Source of the DNA: Calditrichia bacterium
GTDB taxonomy: Bacteria > Calditrichota > Calditrichia > JAJRVZ01
NCBI GenBank assembly: GCA_963777955.1
Contig: CAVZSQ010000024.1
Location: 1 to 49,199 of the forward strand
DNA length: 49,199 bases
Reading direction: 5' to 3'
The notes beneath the pieces are model-generated. The model was not told the DNA's origin. It made no database searches and saw nothing but the letters and a program-made list of their open reading frames with translations. The translations under genes were made by a program, and so were the position numbers. Position 1 is the stretch's first letter, and each line of letters starts with the position of its first letter. This document shows, piece after piece, positions 21,680 to 30,572 of the stretch.

Positions 21680-22741
21680 CTACCCCAACAACACCCCAAT
21701 CCGTTCCACCATCTTCTCCGCCACGCTGTAGTTGCCGAAGACCGGCGGCGGAGTACCCGTGGGATTAAAATAGCGTACGGTGTTGAGCAATCCTTCGGCA
21801 TCATTGCCGATGACAATATTCCAACCCGCTTTAACGGTTTCAATCCATTCGGTCTCCGGGCGCAGGGTGATGCAGGGAACTTTCAACAGGTAGGCTTCTT
21901 TCTGAATACCCCCTGAATCGGTCAGTATGCGGCTGGCATTTTTTTCCAGTATCAGAAAATCGAAGTACCCCTGGGGATCGGTCAGCACAATATTAGCGGC
22001 AATATTCAGTTTATATTCTGTAATCATTTTACGGGTGCGGGGGTGAATTGGAAAAATGACCGGTAAGTCCAGCCTGGCGATGGCGTTCAGTACGTTTTCC
22101 AACTTGTGCATATCATCAACCGTATAAGGGCGGTGCAAAGTCAGCAGGTGATATTTTTTTGATTTTAATTGCAGTGTCTGCAGTACAGTAGAATTTTTCT
22201 CGGCCAGCGGCAAACTATTATGCAGGGTATCAAGCATTATATCGCCGCTGAGGAAAGTTCGTTTTTCCAATTTCTCCGTGGCCAGATTTTCGACAGCGGT
22301 TTTAGTCGGGGCAAACAGCAGATCGCTGCAGTGATCGGCCACGATACGGTTGATCTCCTCCGGCATACTGCGGTTGAAACTGCGCAGGCCCGCTTCCACG
22401 TGGACAACAGGTATATGCAGTTTGCTGCCTGCCAGGGCTCCGGCCAGCGTGGAATTCGTATCGCCAAAGACCACCAGCAGATCCGGTTTTTCCCTTAACA
22501 TGATTGTTTCCAGGGCGATCAGCATCTGGCCGGTCTGCACGCCGTGGCTTTCCGAGCCGATTTCCAGGTTATAATCGGGCGCGGGGATTTGCAGATCCTG
22601 AAAAAAGTTGCCGGACATATTTGGATCATAATGCTGACCGGTATGAATAATGATCTCATCATACCGTTCGCGGATTTTTTTGGAGAAAGGGGCCAGTTTG
22701 ACGAATTGGGGTCGGGCACCGACGATGGTGGTTATTTTCAT
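21680..22741 (-). CDS. wecB: UDP-N-acetylglucosamine 2-epimerase (non-hydrolysing)
   Basis: [30 protein letters not shown] and [10 protein letters not shown] motifs. GAGG RBS before ATG 22741. Confidence 0.96.
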   Translation of the reverse strand: MKITTIVGARPQFVKLAPFSKKIRERYDEIIIHTGQHYDPNMSGNFFQDLQIPAPDYNLEIGSESHGVQTGQMLIALETIMLREKPDLLVVFGDTNSTLAGALAGSKLHIPVVHVEAGLRSFNRSMPEEINRIVADHCSDLLFAPTKTAVENLATEKLEKRTFLSGDIMLDTLHNSLPLAEKNSTVLQTLQLKSKKYHLLTLHRPYTVDDMHKLENVLNAIARLDLPVIFPIHPRTRKMITEYKLNIAANIVLTDPQGYFDFLILEKNASRILTDSGGIQKEAYLLKVPCITLRPETEWIETVKAGWNIVIGNDAEGLLNTVRYFNPTGTPPPVFGNYSVAEKMVERIGVLLG

Positions 22742-22816
22742 AGTACCTCGGTTTGTTGGAATAAAGAGACAAAGAGACATAGAGACAAAGAGACAAAGTG
22801 GAAAATAGTACTATAT

Positions 22817-22832
22817 TGGTACAGTATTTGCA
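22817..22832 (+). promoter_or_regulatory. Sigma54-type -24/-12 promoter
   Basis: TGGTAC-AGTAT-TTGCA against the consensus TGGCAC-N5-TTGCA. Equivalent boxes at 20578-20593 (+) and 17739-17754 (-). Confidence 0.6.
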
Positions 22833-22869
22833 TATGTCTATTATGAATTTAATCTAAAGGAAATTTATT

Positions 22870-23241
22870 ATGGACCAACTGAAGATCAAAACCTATCGTG
22901 ATTTAATTGTATGGCAGAAATCGATTAATATTGTGACTGAAATTTACAGGGTGACCAAACAATTTCCCAAACAAGAGACTTTTGGCTTAGTACTACAGAT
23001 CAGAAGGTCTTCTATATCAGTTCCTAGTAATATTGCCGAAGGATACAGCAGATATTCGAACAGAGAATTCACCAGATTTTTGGAAATCGCTATAGGATCC
23101 CTGGCTGAAATGCAAACTCAGCTGCTGATATCTTTGAACTTGGATTATCTACCAAATAATGATTATATAATTCTGACTGAGTCCGGCAGAGAAATTGAAA
23201 GAATGTTAAGCAGTTTAATCAGGAAATTAAAAGCAAAGTAA
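22870..23241 (+). CDS. Four helix bundle protein (23S rRNA intervening-sequence protein / Avd-like family)
   Basis: YRDLIVWQKS, FPKQETFGLVLQIRRSSISVPSNIAEG and RFLEIAIGSLAEMQTQL. 123 aa. Confidence 0.95.
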   Translation: MDQLKIKTYRDLIVWQKSINIVTEIYRVTKQFPKQETFGLVLQIRRSSISVPSNIAEGYSRYSNREFTRFLEIAIGSLAEMQTQLLISLNLDYLPNNDYIILTESGREIERMLSSLIRKLKAK

Positions 23242-23402
23242 AGTATAATTCATTAAATTTTATGTTTAATTTACTTTGTCTCTTTGTCTCTTTGTCTCTT
23301 TGTCTCTTTGTCTCTCTGTCTCTTTGTCTCTTTGTCTCTTTGTCTCTTTGTCTCTTTGTCTCTTTGTCTCTTTGTCCCTTTGTCCCTTTGTCCCTTTGTC
23401 CC

Positions 23403-25469
23403 TTAATTACTCCTGGCATGTCTGAACAAAATATTATACCACGCCTTGAAAAAATACTTCACATCGGTGGTAAAGGGATGTTTTTGTTTGCTGTCCAGGT
23501 ACTTCCGTTCCGAGGCCAGGATTTCCTCGAATGATTTAGGCATATCGGCGTAAAACGGCGGTACCAGTCCGGGTTTGAACTGGATGCGCAATTCCTGCAG
23601 ATCTTTGGGGTACAGGCTGAAATATTGTTCGCTCAGCGCGCGTACGCCGACCAGGTTGAGATCGCCGCGAAAAAAGTTGATGATCTGCGGCAGTTCGTCC
23701 AGCCACAGTTTGCGCATGAAACCGCCCCACTCGGTCAGACGAAAGTCGTCCTTGAATTTACCGCCCGATTGCAGTTGATTCTGTTCGTAAACATATTCCT
23801 GCAGATATTCCGAATAAGGATACATGGTGCGGAATTTATGTATGTAGTTGATTTCACCTTGTAAACCTACCCGCCGCAGTTTGATGGTCGGCCCATAGGA
23901 AGGGCTTTCATCCACCGACGGCGTGCGTACCCGCTTGGCAATTATATAGGCGGTTTCATTATATTCTCTTTCAGCGATTACTTTAAAGCCGCAGAAATAA
24001 AGCCGGCCCATAATTTCGGCCCGGGAGATCATCCGGTTTTTACCTTTAGTCAGAGCAAAGTAAACTTTCTGCAAACCGGGAAGTTTGGGCATAACGCGGT
24101 GAACGATAAAATTCAAAATATAGATGCCATCGGCAAAGATCCTGGGATACTTGCGGTAAATGCGGATCTTATGTGTCTGAATTGTATCGGCGATAGTGAC
24201 AAAGTATCCGCCGTTATATATTTTTTTATGTACCTGCAGAAAGTAGCGGTTCAGCCAGCGAAAGTCATTGGCCCGGTGCAGGTTGATCAGCAGGGTCAGC
24301 GAGTGATCGTCAATCGTGGCTATATTATAAAGTGTATGGGTATCGACCACCAGGGCATCCCGTTCATCGATGGTGTTCAATTGCAGGTGTGATTCGATAA
24401 AGTGATAGAGCGCCGGAAAATCTTTAAGGAATTTATTTCTCAAGCGTTCATTGGCCGGCACCAGTTCCCGGTTGGCCAGGTGGGCCAGGTGCAGCAGTTC
24501 ATCCGGCAGTTCCTCCTGCTTCAGGGTCTGGTTCAATTCCTCCACGGTTTCGATATCGCTGTTCTGATTTGATTCGTTGCGGGTGATGAACCAGAGATAG
24601 TAGGTGATCATTTCGATAAAGGTGAACAGCAGAAAGGTACCGAAGATCTGCAGACGGGAAAAATAGAGCAAACGCTTGGCGAACATCAGCAGGGCCATGG
24701 TGGCAAACATCAGTATGGCTGCCTTGACATAGGGGGCAATGGCATAATAGTAATTTCTGTACTTGCGGCGTTCAAATTTGCGGGTAAAGATGGAGGTGAC
24801 CAGCCACAGACCGCAGATTACAAAAAAGATGTTTTCGTAATCCTCCGATAAATAAAAACTGCCCCGTTTGAAATAATTCATCAGGAAAAAGGAACCGGTC
24901 AGCAGCATAAAGTCGAACAGCAGACTGGGGATGGAGAAGGAACCGAATTTATGGATCTGTTCGCGGTACTCTTCCTGGTTTTGTACTATTCCTTTGCCGA
25001 CAGTCAGGTAAAAAACATAAAAAGCTGCTATTTCCAAAATAAAAAGCAACGTACAGGTACCGAAGATCTGGATACGTGAAAATGAGTAATAACCCATAAT
25101 GACCACGATCACCGACAAACTGTAAATTTTGAATACCGCGCAGCGGCCGATGGTCAGAAAACCATTTTTCAGATTGGGATAGTTGGACAGGTTGAACTTG
25201 CCGGTAGCCAGGGAGACAATTAGCCATAAAGCATAAAATAGCAGTAACAGGTTAAAATAGGGATGGGGTACCAGTTGCAGCGTCCCCCTTTTATAATAAT
25301 GCATGCTGAAATAAGCGATATTCAGCAGGAAGAAATCGACTACCATAAACTGCCAGGTGATCTTTTTACTGAGCAGGTCACGGCCGAAGGTCTGCAGGCC
25401 ATAGGTCTGCAAAGATGGTTTCTGCTGCTGCAGATCTATAGCATTATCGATTTCAGACGTAATTTTCAT
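23403..25469 (-). CDS. Priming sugar (polyprenyl-phosphate glycosylphospho)transferase with extended N-terminus
   Basis: C-terminal Bac_transf motifs KFRTM, LDELPQ..N..RGD..LVG.R and KPGL. Multiple N-terminal TM helices. Confidence 0.9.
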   Translation of the reverse strand: MKITSEIDNAIDLQQQKPSLQTYGLQTFGRDLLSKKITWQFMVVDFFLLNIAYFSMHYYKRGTLQLVPHPYFNLLLLFYALWLIVSLATGKFNLSNYPNLKNGFLTIGRCAVFKIYSLSVIVVIMGYYSFSRIQIFGTCTLLFILEIAAFYVFYLTVGKGIVQNQEEYREQIHKFGSFSIPSLLFDFMLLTGSFFLMNYFKRGSFYLSEDYENIFFVICGLWLVTSIFTRKFERRKYRNYYYAIAPYVKAAILMFATMALLMFAKRLLYFSRLQIFGTFLLFTFIEMITYYLWFITRNESNQNSDIETVEELNQTLKQEELPDELLHLAHLANRELVPANERLRNKFLKDFPALYHFIESHLQLNTIDERDALVVDTHTLYNIATIDDHSLTLLINLHRANDFRWLNRYFLQVHKKIYNGGYFVTIADTIQTHKIRIYRKYPRIFADGIYILNFIVHRVMPKLPGLQKVYFALTKGKNRMISRAEIMGRLYFCGFKVIAEREYNETAYIIAKRVRTPSVDESPSYGPTIKLRRVGLQGEINYIHKFRTMYPYSEYLQEYVYEQNQLQSGGKFKDDFRLTEWGGFMRKLWLDELPQIINFFRGDLNLVGVRALSEQYFSLYPKDLQELRIQFKPGLVPPFYADMPKSFEEILASERKYLDSKQKHPFTTDVKYFFKAWYNILFRHARSN

Positions 25470-25595
25470 ATTCTATTTAACTTAGAACATCTATTCAATC
25501 AATAATCGGTAAACGGTTTTTTTATATAAGGAATAAATTAGTACTATTCTGTGGAAAATCTGTGATAAATCTCATAAAACACTATTTAATGAAGA

Positions 25596-26680
25596 TTATC
25601 TGAATTTATATTGATAATCGGGATCGGTTTTCATGATTTTAAAACTTTCCGGATAATTTTCAACAAACCAAGATCATAAACGCAGTAACATCAATTTTAT
25701 CTTCAAGCATTTTTTGTCTGCGTTTTTGCCATTCAACACGACTATTAGAATCATATAAAATCTCTATTCCCTTATTTATTGCTCTATCCGAATCAGTTTC
25801 AGAGTTACTATAATTAAAAACCAGACCATACTTTTGTTCTTCATCAGTAGTATAATATCGACCGATTTTATCCAGATAAATCGCAGGAACTCCAAGCATC
25901 GCACATTCAGACGCCATGGTAGCACTTTCTCCAAATAACAAACTTGCAAAGGCAAGAGCATCATGCATTTTTTCAGGTGGAATTTTAATTTTATATTGTA
26001 ATAACTCGTCAGGTAATTCATTTTCTGCAGAAATAAAAACCTTTGTAATTTTTGAAAATTCTTTTATTGCCTTTACTTTTTTGTCATAAGATATGCCTTT
26101 AACTCCAATATCATGACTGGCATACCATCCGACAAATCCGAACAATGACAAATGATTCATTTTCTGATAAATTTAAATATTTCAGAATTGACTTATCCGG
26201 GGTAAATCTGCGTGGATGTAAATAAAAAAGTTCATGATAGCCTTCATAGAATATTTGTCTTTTACCAAATATCGGAGGAAATGATGTTGACGTGAGTATT
26301 ACATTAGTAAAGGGTTTGTAAAGATAAATCTGTTCCATATTACCTGTATCTTCCATAGAGATATGCGGTTTCCTTAATAACCATGCTACATGTGCTGCAT
26401 AAAAGGAACCAACACTTAAAAATATATCGGGTTTGAATCTAATCGATACTTTTATTAATAAGATGTCGAATTTAATCAGTCCCATAATCTTCTTAAGTAA
26501 TGTTCGATAATTTTTACCGAATGAGATATAAGGAAATTGATAAATATTAAGTAATTCAATTGTCACTTCCTTATCTCTGGTGGTAAATAATATCTCATTC
26601 CCAGAATTCATCATATTCCGGGCAAAATTTCTGAACAGATGGATATGAGCCGGGTGGCCAATATCAATCAATATTTTCAT
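25596..26680 (-). CDS. DUF354-family (GT-B-like) protein; frameshifted
   Basis: MKILIDIGHPAHIHLFRN, GYHELFYLHP and GESATMASECAMLGVPAI. Two track ORFs plus a shifted tail. Confidence 0.85.
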
Positions 26681-27709
26681 TTCGGTTAACCGATTTCATT
26701 TTTCGTAACATTTTAAATCCGAGCATGGAGATCTTCATAATTAATGGTTTGTATATTTTTTGATACCGGCCCAGATTTATCAATTTCCCGCCAAACTTAA
26801 TTTTATAATCCCTGACGCTATACGGCTTATCGGGTTTTCCGGCACCGCCAAAATCAAATTCCTGAAATCCATTCTGTTTACCCCATAAAAGAATTTCCCA
26901 GGGTAATAAATCATTAGGATATTTATCTAAATGATTCTTATCACTACCGGTGTACCAGTCGTATAATGTGTTTTTAAAACATAATATATAGCGTACGGCA
27001 ATTATATCATTTTCAAAGCAGGCTGAGAATATCTTCAAATAACTCAGTTCGTTCATATGCCTGATAGCAGCGTCAAAAAGATTGGGAGCAGGAACCGGCA
27101 AATTTATCTTTTTGTAGGTGTCCCAGACCAATGAATATGCCTTTTTTAAGTGATCGGTATTTTTCAGATCCATTTCAATAAAAGTAGTACCTCTCTTGCG
27201 GGCCCGGCTGATCTGTTTTCGTCTGGCGCTGTTCAATTCTTCCCATAATTCAGTCTCGGTCTTCAATAAATCTATTCTTATATCGAGATGGTCCGAGTAT
27301 TCGTAATTTAATTCGTTAAAAGAACTTTTCAACTCAGTTGTATCCCAATGATTCCTTATTTCGGTATATACTACATCCTTCCGCACCACTCGTCATACTT
27401 TTTGATTAAACTTTTTAATAATTCATTATCGTTATCTTTCACCAGCGGCCCGCCGGAGATAATTGACCTGGTGGAAAATGTCTCGCCGACTCCCTTATAA
27501 TAATATTGCAATACGGCAACAACTAAACCAAGCAGGTTTTCCGCTTCATCAAACATAAATATCACTATTGGCCTGAAATTGGATGTATCTTGAAAAATCC
27601 TGTAAATATAAGGTGTTTGAAAAATATTGCCGTACGGATGATCAAGCACGAACTGTATCCACTTATTCTCTAAATCATGATTAAAACCGCTTGAAAATCT
27701 AAGGTGCAT
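26664..27709 (-). CDS. FemAB/FemX-like GNAT-fold protein; frameshifted
   Basis: GNIFQTP, GGPLV, RRKQISRARKRG, FDFGGAG and YKIKFGG. Confidence 0.85.
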
Positions 27710-27716
27710 ATTTTAT

Positions 27717-28469
27717 TCAGAATTTATTTAAGATCGCTTTAACAGCATTTTTTAAATTTTGTATGATATACTCTGTACCCCATTCCAATATATCAGCAGA
27801 CCACCTTTGCGGATGGACATTTATTATCATTTTATCCGGTAATTTATGGTGGTGTAATGATTCTATTATATCAGAGGTTTTTCTAAACCTGAAATTATAT
27901 GTGCTGGTGACCCGGTCCCGTTTATTAGAAATATTATTGTTCCAGGAACGACCAGTATCAGTCAGATACAAAATTGTATCGAAATCCAGATCTAAATATG
28001 GTTCACCTGATATTCCGTATCGTTTATAATCATAACGCTGCCATAATTCACGATTGTCCCAGCGGGACCAGGGACTACCATGCATACAAATAGTTTGAAC
28101 CTTATAGAATTCTCTAAATTTTTCCAGGTTTTTTTCAAAGGTCCTGATCGCCAGATCAAAATTACCCCGGGCAGCCGTCAGGTCTTCATAATGATAACCA
28201 AGTTCATGACCAAGCCGTACGATTTCAGCTATGATCCGCTCATCCCAGGAACTCCTGACAATCCGGAAATAGAAGGTCGCCTTTATATCCAGCCCGGTCA
28301 AAATTTCAGCCAGTCTGAGCGCCCGGGCAGGTTTGCGGTCGACGTCATTGCGCAAAATGACCGTCCGTTGCAGCGGCTTGGTTAAAAATTGTTCAAAGGT
28401 CTGAAATTCATAGCCGGCAGATTGCAGTTCCTGCAATAACAGCCTGTACATTTTTATCGTAAAATCCAT
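27717..28469 (-). CDS. Polysaccharide deacetylase-like protein
   Basis: ILRNDVD, ATFYFR, GHELGYHYE, CMHGSP and YLTDTGRSW. Confidence 0.75.
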   Translation of the reverse strand: MDFTIKMYRLLLQELQSAGYEFQTFEQFLTKPLQRTVILRNDVDRKPARALRLAEILTGLDIKATFYFRIVRSSWDERIIAEIVRLGHELGYHYEDLTAARGNFDLAIRTFEKNLEKFREFYKVQTICMHGSPWSRWDNRELWQRYDYKRYGISGEPYLDLDFDTILYLTDTGRSWNNNISNKRDRVTSTYNFRFRKTSDIIESLHHHKLPDKMIINVHPQRWSADILEWGTEYIIQNLKNAVKAILNKF

Positions 28470-28526
28470 ATCATAACCAATTACAATGACCAATAACAAA
28501 TCCAATAATCAATTACCAAATTCATA

Positions 28527-28583
28527 CGAATTACTAATTACGAATTACCAATTAGTAACTGGTAATTAGTAATTGGTAATTCG
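28527..28583. repeat. Back-to-back inverted 7-bp arrays (AATTACN / NGTAATT)
   Basis: cgaattactaattacgaattaccaatt followed by agtaactggtaattagtaattggtaattcg. Confidence 0.8.
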
Positions 28584-29501
28584 ACACTCTTCATACAAAT
28601 TTATTAATCGTCTTGCTATGGTTGGCGAGTCCAGCCCCATTTTTATGATTTTATTCCTGCCTGCGCTGCGGCTGTGCAGATCGAAAGCCATGCGTATTTT
28701 TACGGAGATGTCCCCCGGATCGGCAGCGGCCAGGTAACAGCCCAGAACGTCATCGATCAGATCCGGTACATCCCCCACCGCGGTGGCCACCACCGGCAGA
28801 TTACAGGCCATGGCTTCCTTGATAACATTGGGCGAACCTTCCCACAGGGAAGTCAGCAATAATAAATCAGCCGCGTTGTAATAGTACACCATATCAGCCT
28901 GGTCAACTCCATGTATACTCTGTAAATTTACGGCCGGATCGTTTAACTTCTGCACGCCTTCGGCAGCCAGGGCATAATTTTTTTCCGGCCGGGCGGGATT
29001 ACCCACGAATAAAATATTTTTTGTCGCGGTAAAATTTACTCTGGAACGGCAGGATTCGCGGTCCAGCGGTTTATATATATCTATGTCAACACCATTGGGA
29101 ATCACCTGCACCTGCCGGGCGGCCAGTTTCTGTTTCATGGCCGCGGATTTCACGATAGTGCAGCGCCAGATATGATTGCTGAAATATTTTATCAACGTGT
29201 TCCAGGATCTGCCCAGCATCAGGTCGCTGCCCATCAGAGAGGCGATAACTGGTATCTGCCGTGAGGCCAAAGCAGCACAGACGGCCGATAAAGCATAATG
29301 GGCATGAACGATATCATATTGCCTGTTTTTCAGATAGTTACGCAATAAAAAAACATTTTTGAGATACCCGTACCAGCCTTTGCCCATGATGCTGTAATAT
29401 TCTATTTCCACCCCTTCTTTTAGCAATGATTCGCCCTGATTCTTGATAATCGGGCTTACTTCAGAAAGTCTGTTTCCGCTGCTGACAAATAGTATGCGCA
29501 T
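28566..29501 (-). CDS. Glycosyltransferase family 4
   Basis: HAHY, VIPNGVD and EGSPNVIKEAMACNLPVV (EX7E). Confidence 0.93.
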   Translation of the reverse strand: MRILFVSSGNRLSEVSPIIKNQGESLLKEGVEIEYYSIMGKGWYGYLKNVFLLRNYLKNRQYDIVHAHYALSAVCAALASRQIPVIASLMGSDLMLGRSWNTLIKYFSNHIWRCTIVKSAAMKQKLAARQVQVIPNGVDIDIYKPLDRESCRSRVNFTATKNILFVGNPARPEKNYALAAEGVQKLNDPAVNLQSIHGVDQADMVYYYNAADLLLLTSLWEGSPNVIKEAMACNLPVVATAVGDVPDLIDDVLGCYLAAADPGDISVKIRMAFDLHSRSAGRNKIIKMGLDSPTIARRLINLYEECRITNY

Positions 29502-29517
29502 GGTTTATAGCAAAGTC

Positions 29518-30553
29518 TTACTTAATATGGTCCAAATAATAGGCAATACTGTCCGCATACACTTTTTCCGGTTCTAATTTTTCCGGATGCGGCGTCCAGG
29601 TATTTTTATCGAAGGTGTACCAGGCATCAGAGTACAATATTCCCGCCGTACCGAAATAAAGGCATTGGAATTCGAACAGGTAAAATGTTTTGCCGTCAAA
29701 GCCGATATCCAGGGAAACATGAGGCACTTTAAGGCTCTCATAGACCGACCGGGCAAAATCGAAGATTCCCTTGGGCTGCGGGGCGCGGGTTCCGTAAAAA
29801 TAGTTATCATACCCTCCCCCGCTGGCTTTAAAGACCCTTTTTTCAAAGATCGGGCGGTAAAATATATAATACCGCTCGCCAAAGACGTATATCTTCCAGT
29901 CATTCTGCAGGCCGGGTATAAAATCCTGGACGATGAATTTCCGGCGGTAGCGGGAATCGCGCTGATATCCTTTGTGTTTGAACGACCGGCCCAGGTCCCA
30001 CAGTTCGTAAAAAATATCTTTAGTCCGGCTGATCTTTTTTACAAGTTTTACCAGCATGTTTTTATCGCCGGCCAGGTACACATTCTTACCAGAGGCCCCT
30101 TCGGCCGCTTTGACCACCAGCGGTAATGGATTAGCCGCTTGCTGCCGGTGGAATTCTTCATAGGTTCCGAATCCCCGGGCAGTAATATTTTTATGCGCCG
30201 GATCAAGCAGACTGGTCGCGCAGTATTTCCATGAATACCTTGTTATTATTGGCGCGCAGATATTTAAAATCCGGAATCACCCGGGCGCCGGATAACTGCA
30301 AACCCAGCACGATATCTTCAATATAGGATTTATAGAAATACCCTTCATCCTCCGACGAAGTGTACAATATGAACTGGTTAGTAAAATTATTTTTCCTGAA
30401 ATTTACATCGCTGAGATTTATAAATTTCGGATTGATGTTATGCTGCGAAAAATATTTCGCCAGCACCTGCTGGTCGAAACCGCTGCGGTAGGGTTTGTCA
30501 AAATGCCGTGAACCAAAACGGTTTTTATAATCGGTCAATAGATAAATTTCCAA
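29518..30553 (-). CDS. ATP-grasp (RimK-like) protein; frameshifted
   Basis: PLVVKAAEGASGKNV, FIVQDFIPGLQNDWK and LDIGFDG..YLFEF. Confidence 0.75.
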
Positions 30554-30572
30554 CTGCCTGTGTCCTGTCTGC

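Larger units (their letters stand above)
22763..23402 (+). mobile_element. Intact four-helix-bundle cassette bounded by inverted 8-bp arrays (cassette E)
   Basis: (AAAGAGAC)x4 at 22763-22798 and about 16 CTTTGTCT/CTTTGTCC units at 23274-23402. Inserted antisense between two operon genes. Mobility is inferred, not shown. Confidence 0.6.

Noticed and set aside
22742..22780. N-terminal extension of WecB ([13 protein letters not shown])
   Set aside because: It derives from the repeat arm. The RBS and family start point to ATG 22741.
17448..23402. Diversity-generating retroelement suggested by Avd-like genes
   Set aside because: No reverse transcriptase, TR/VR pair or target gene is visible in the window.
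23274..23402. CRISPR repeats
   Set aside because: Contiguous 8-bp units with no spacers, and no cas genes in the window.
23219..23534. ORFs 23219-23419 and 23262-23534 (also 17813-18067, 18910-19161, 21592-21843)
   Set aside because: These are translations of 8-bp arrays (RQRDKETK / SLCLFVSL / SVPQCLSA) that overlap real genes.
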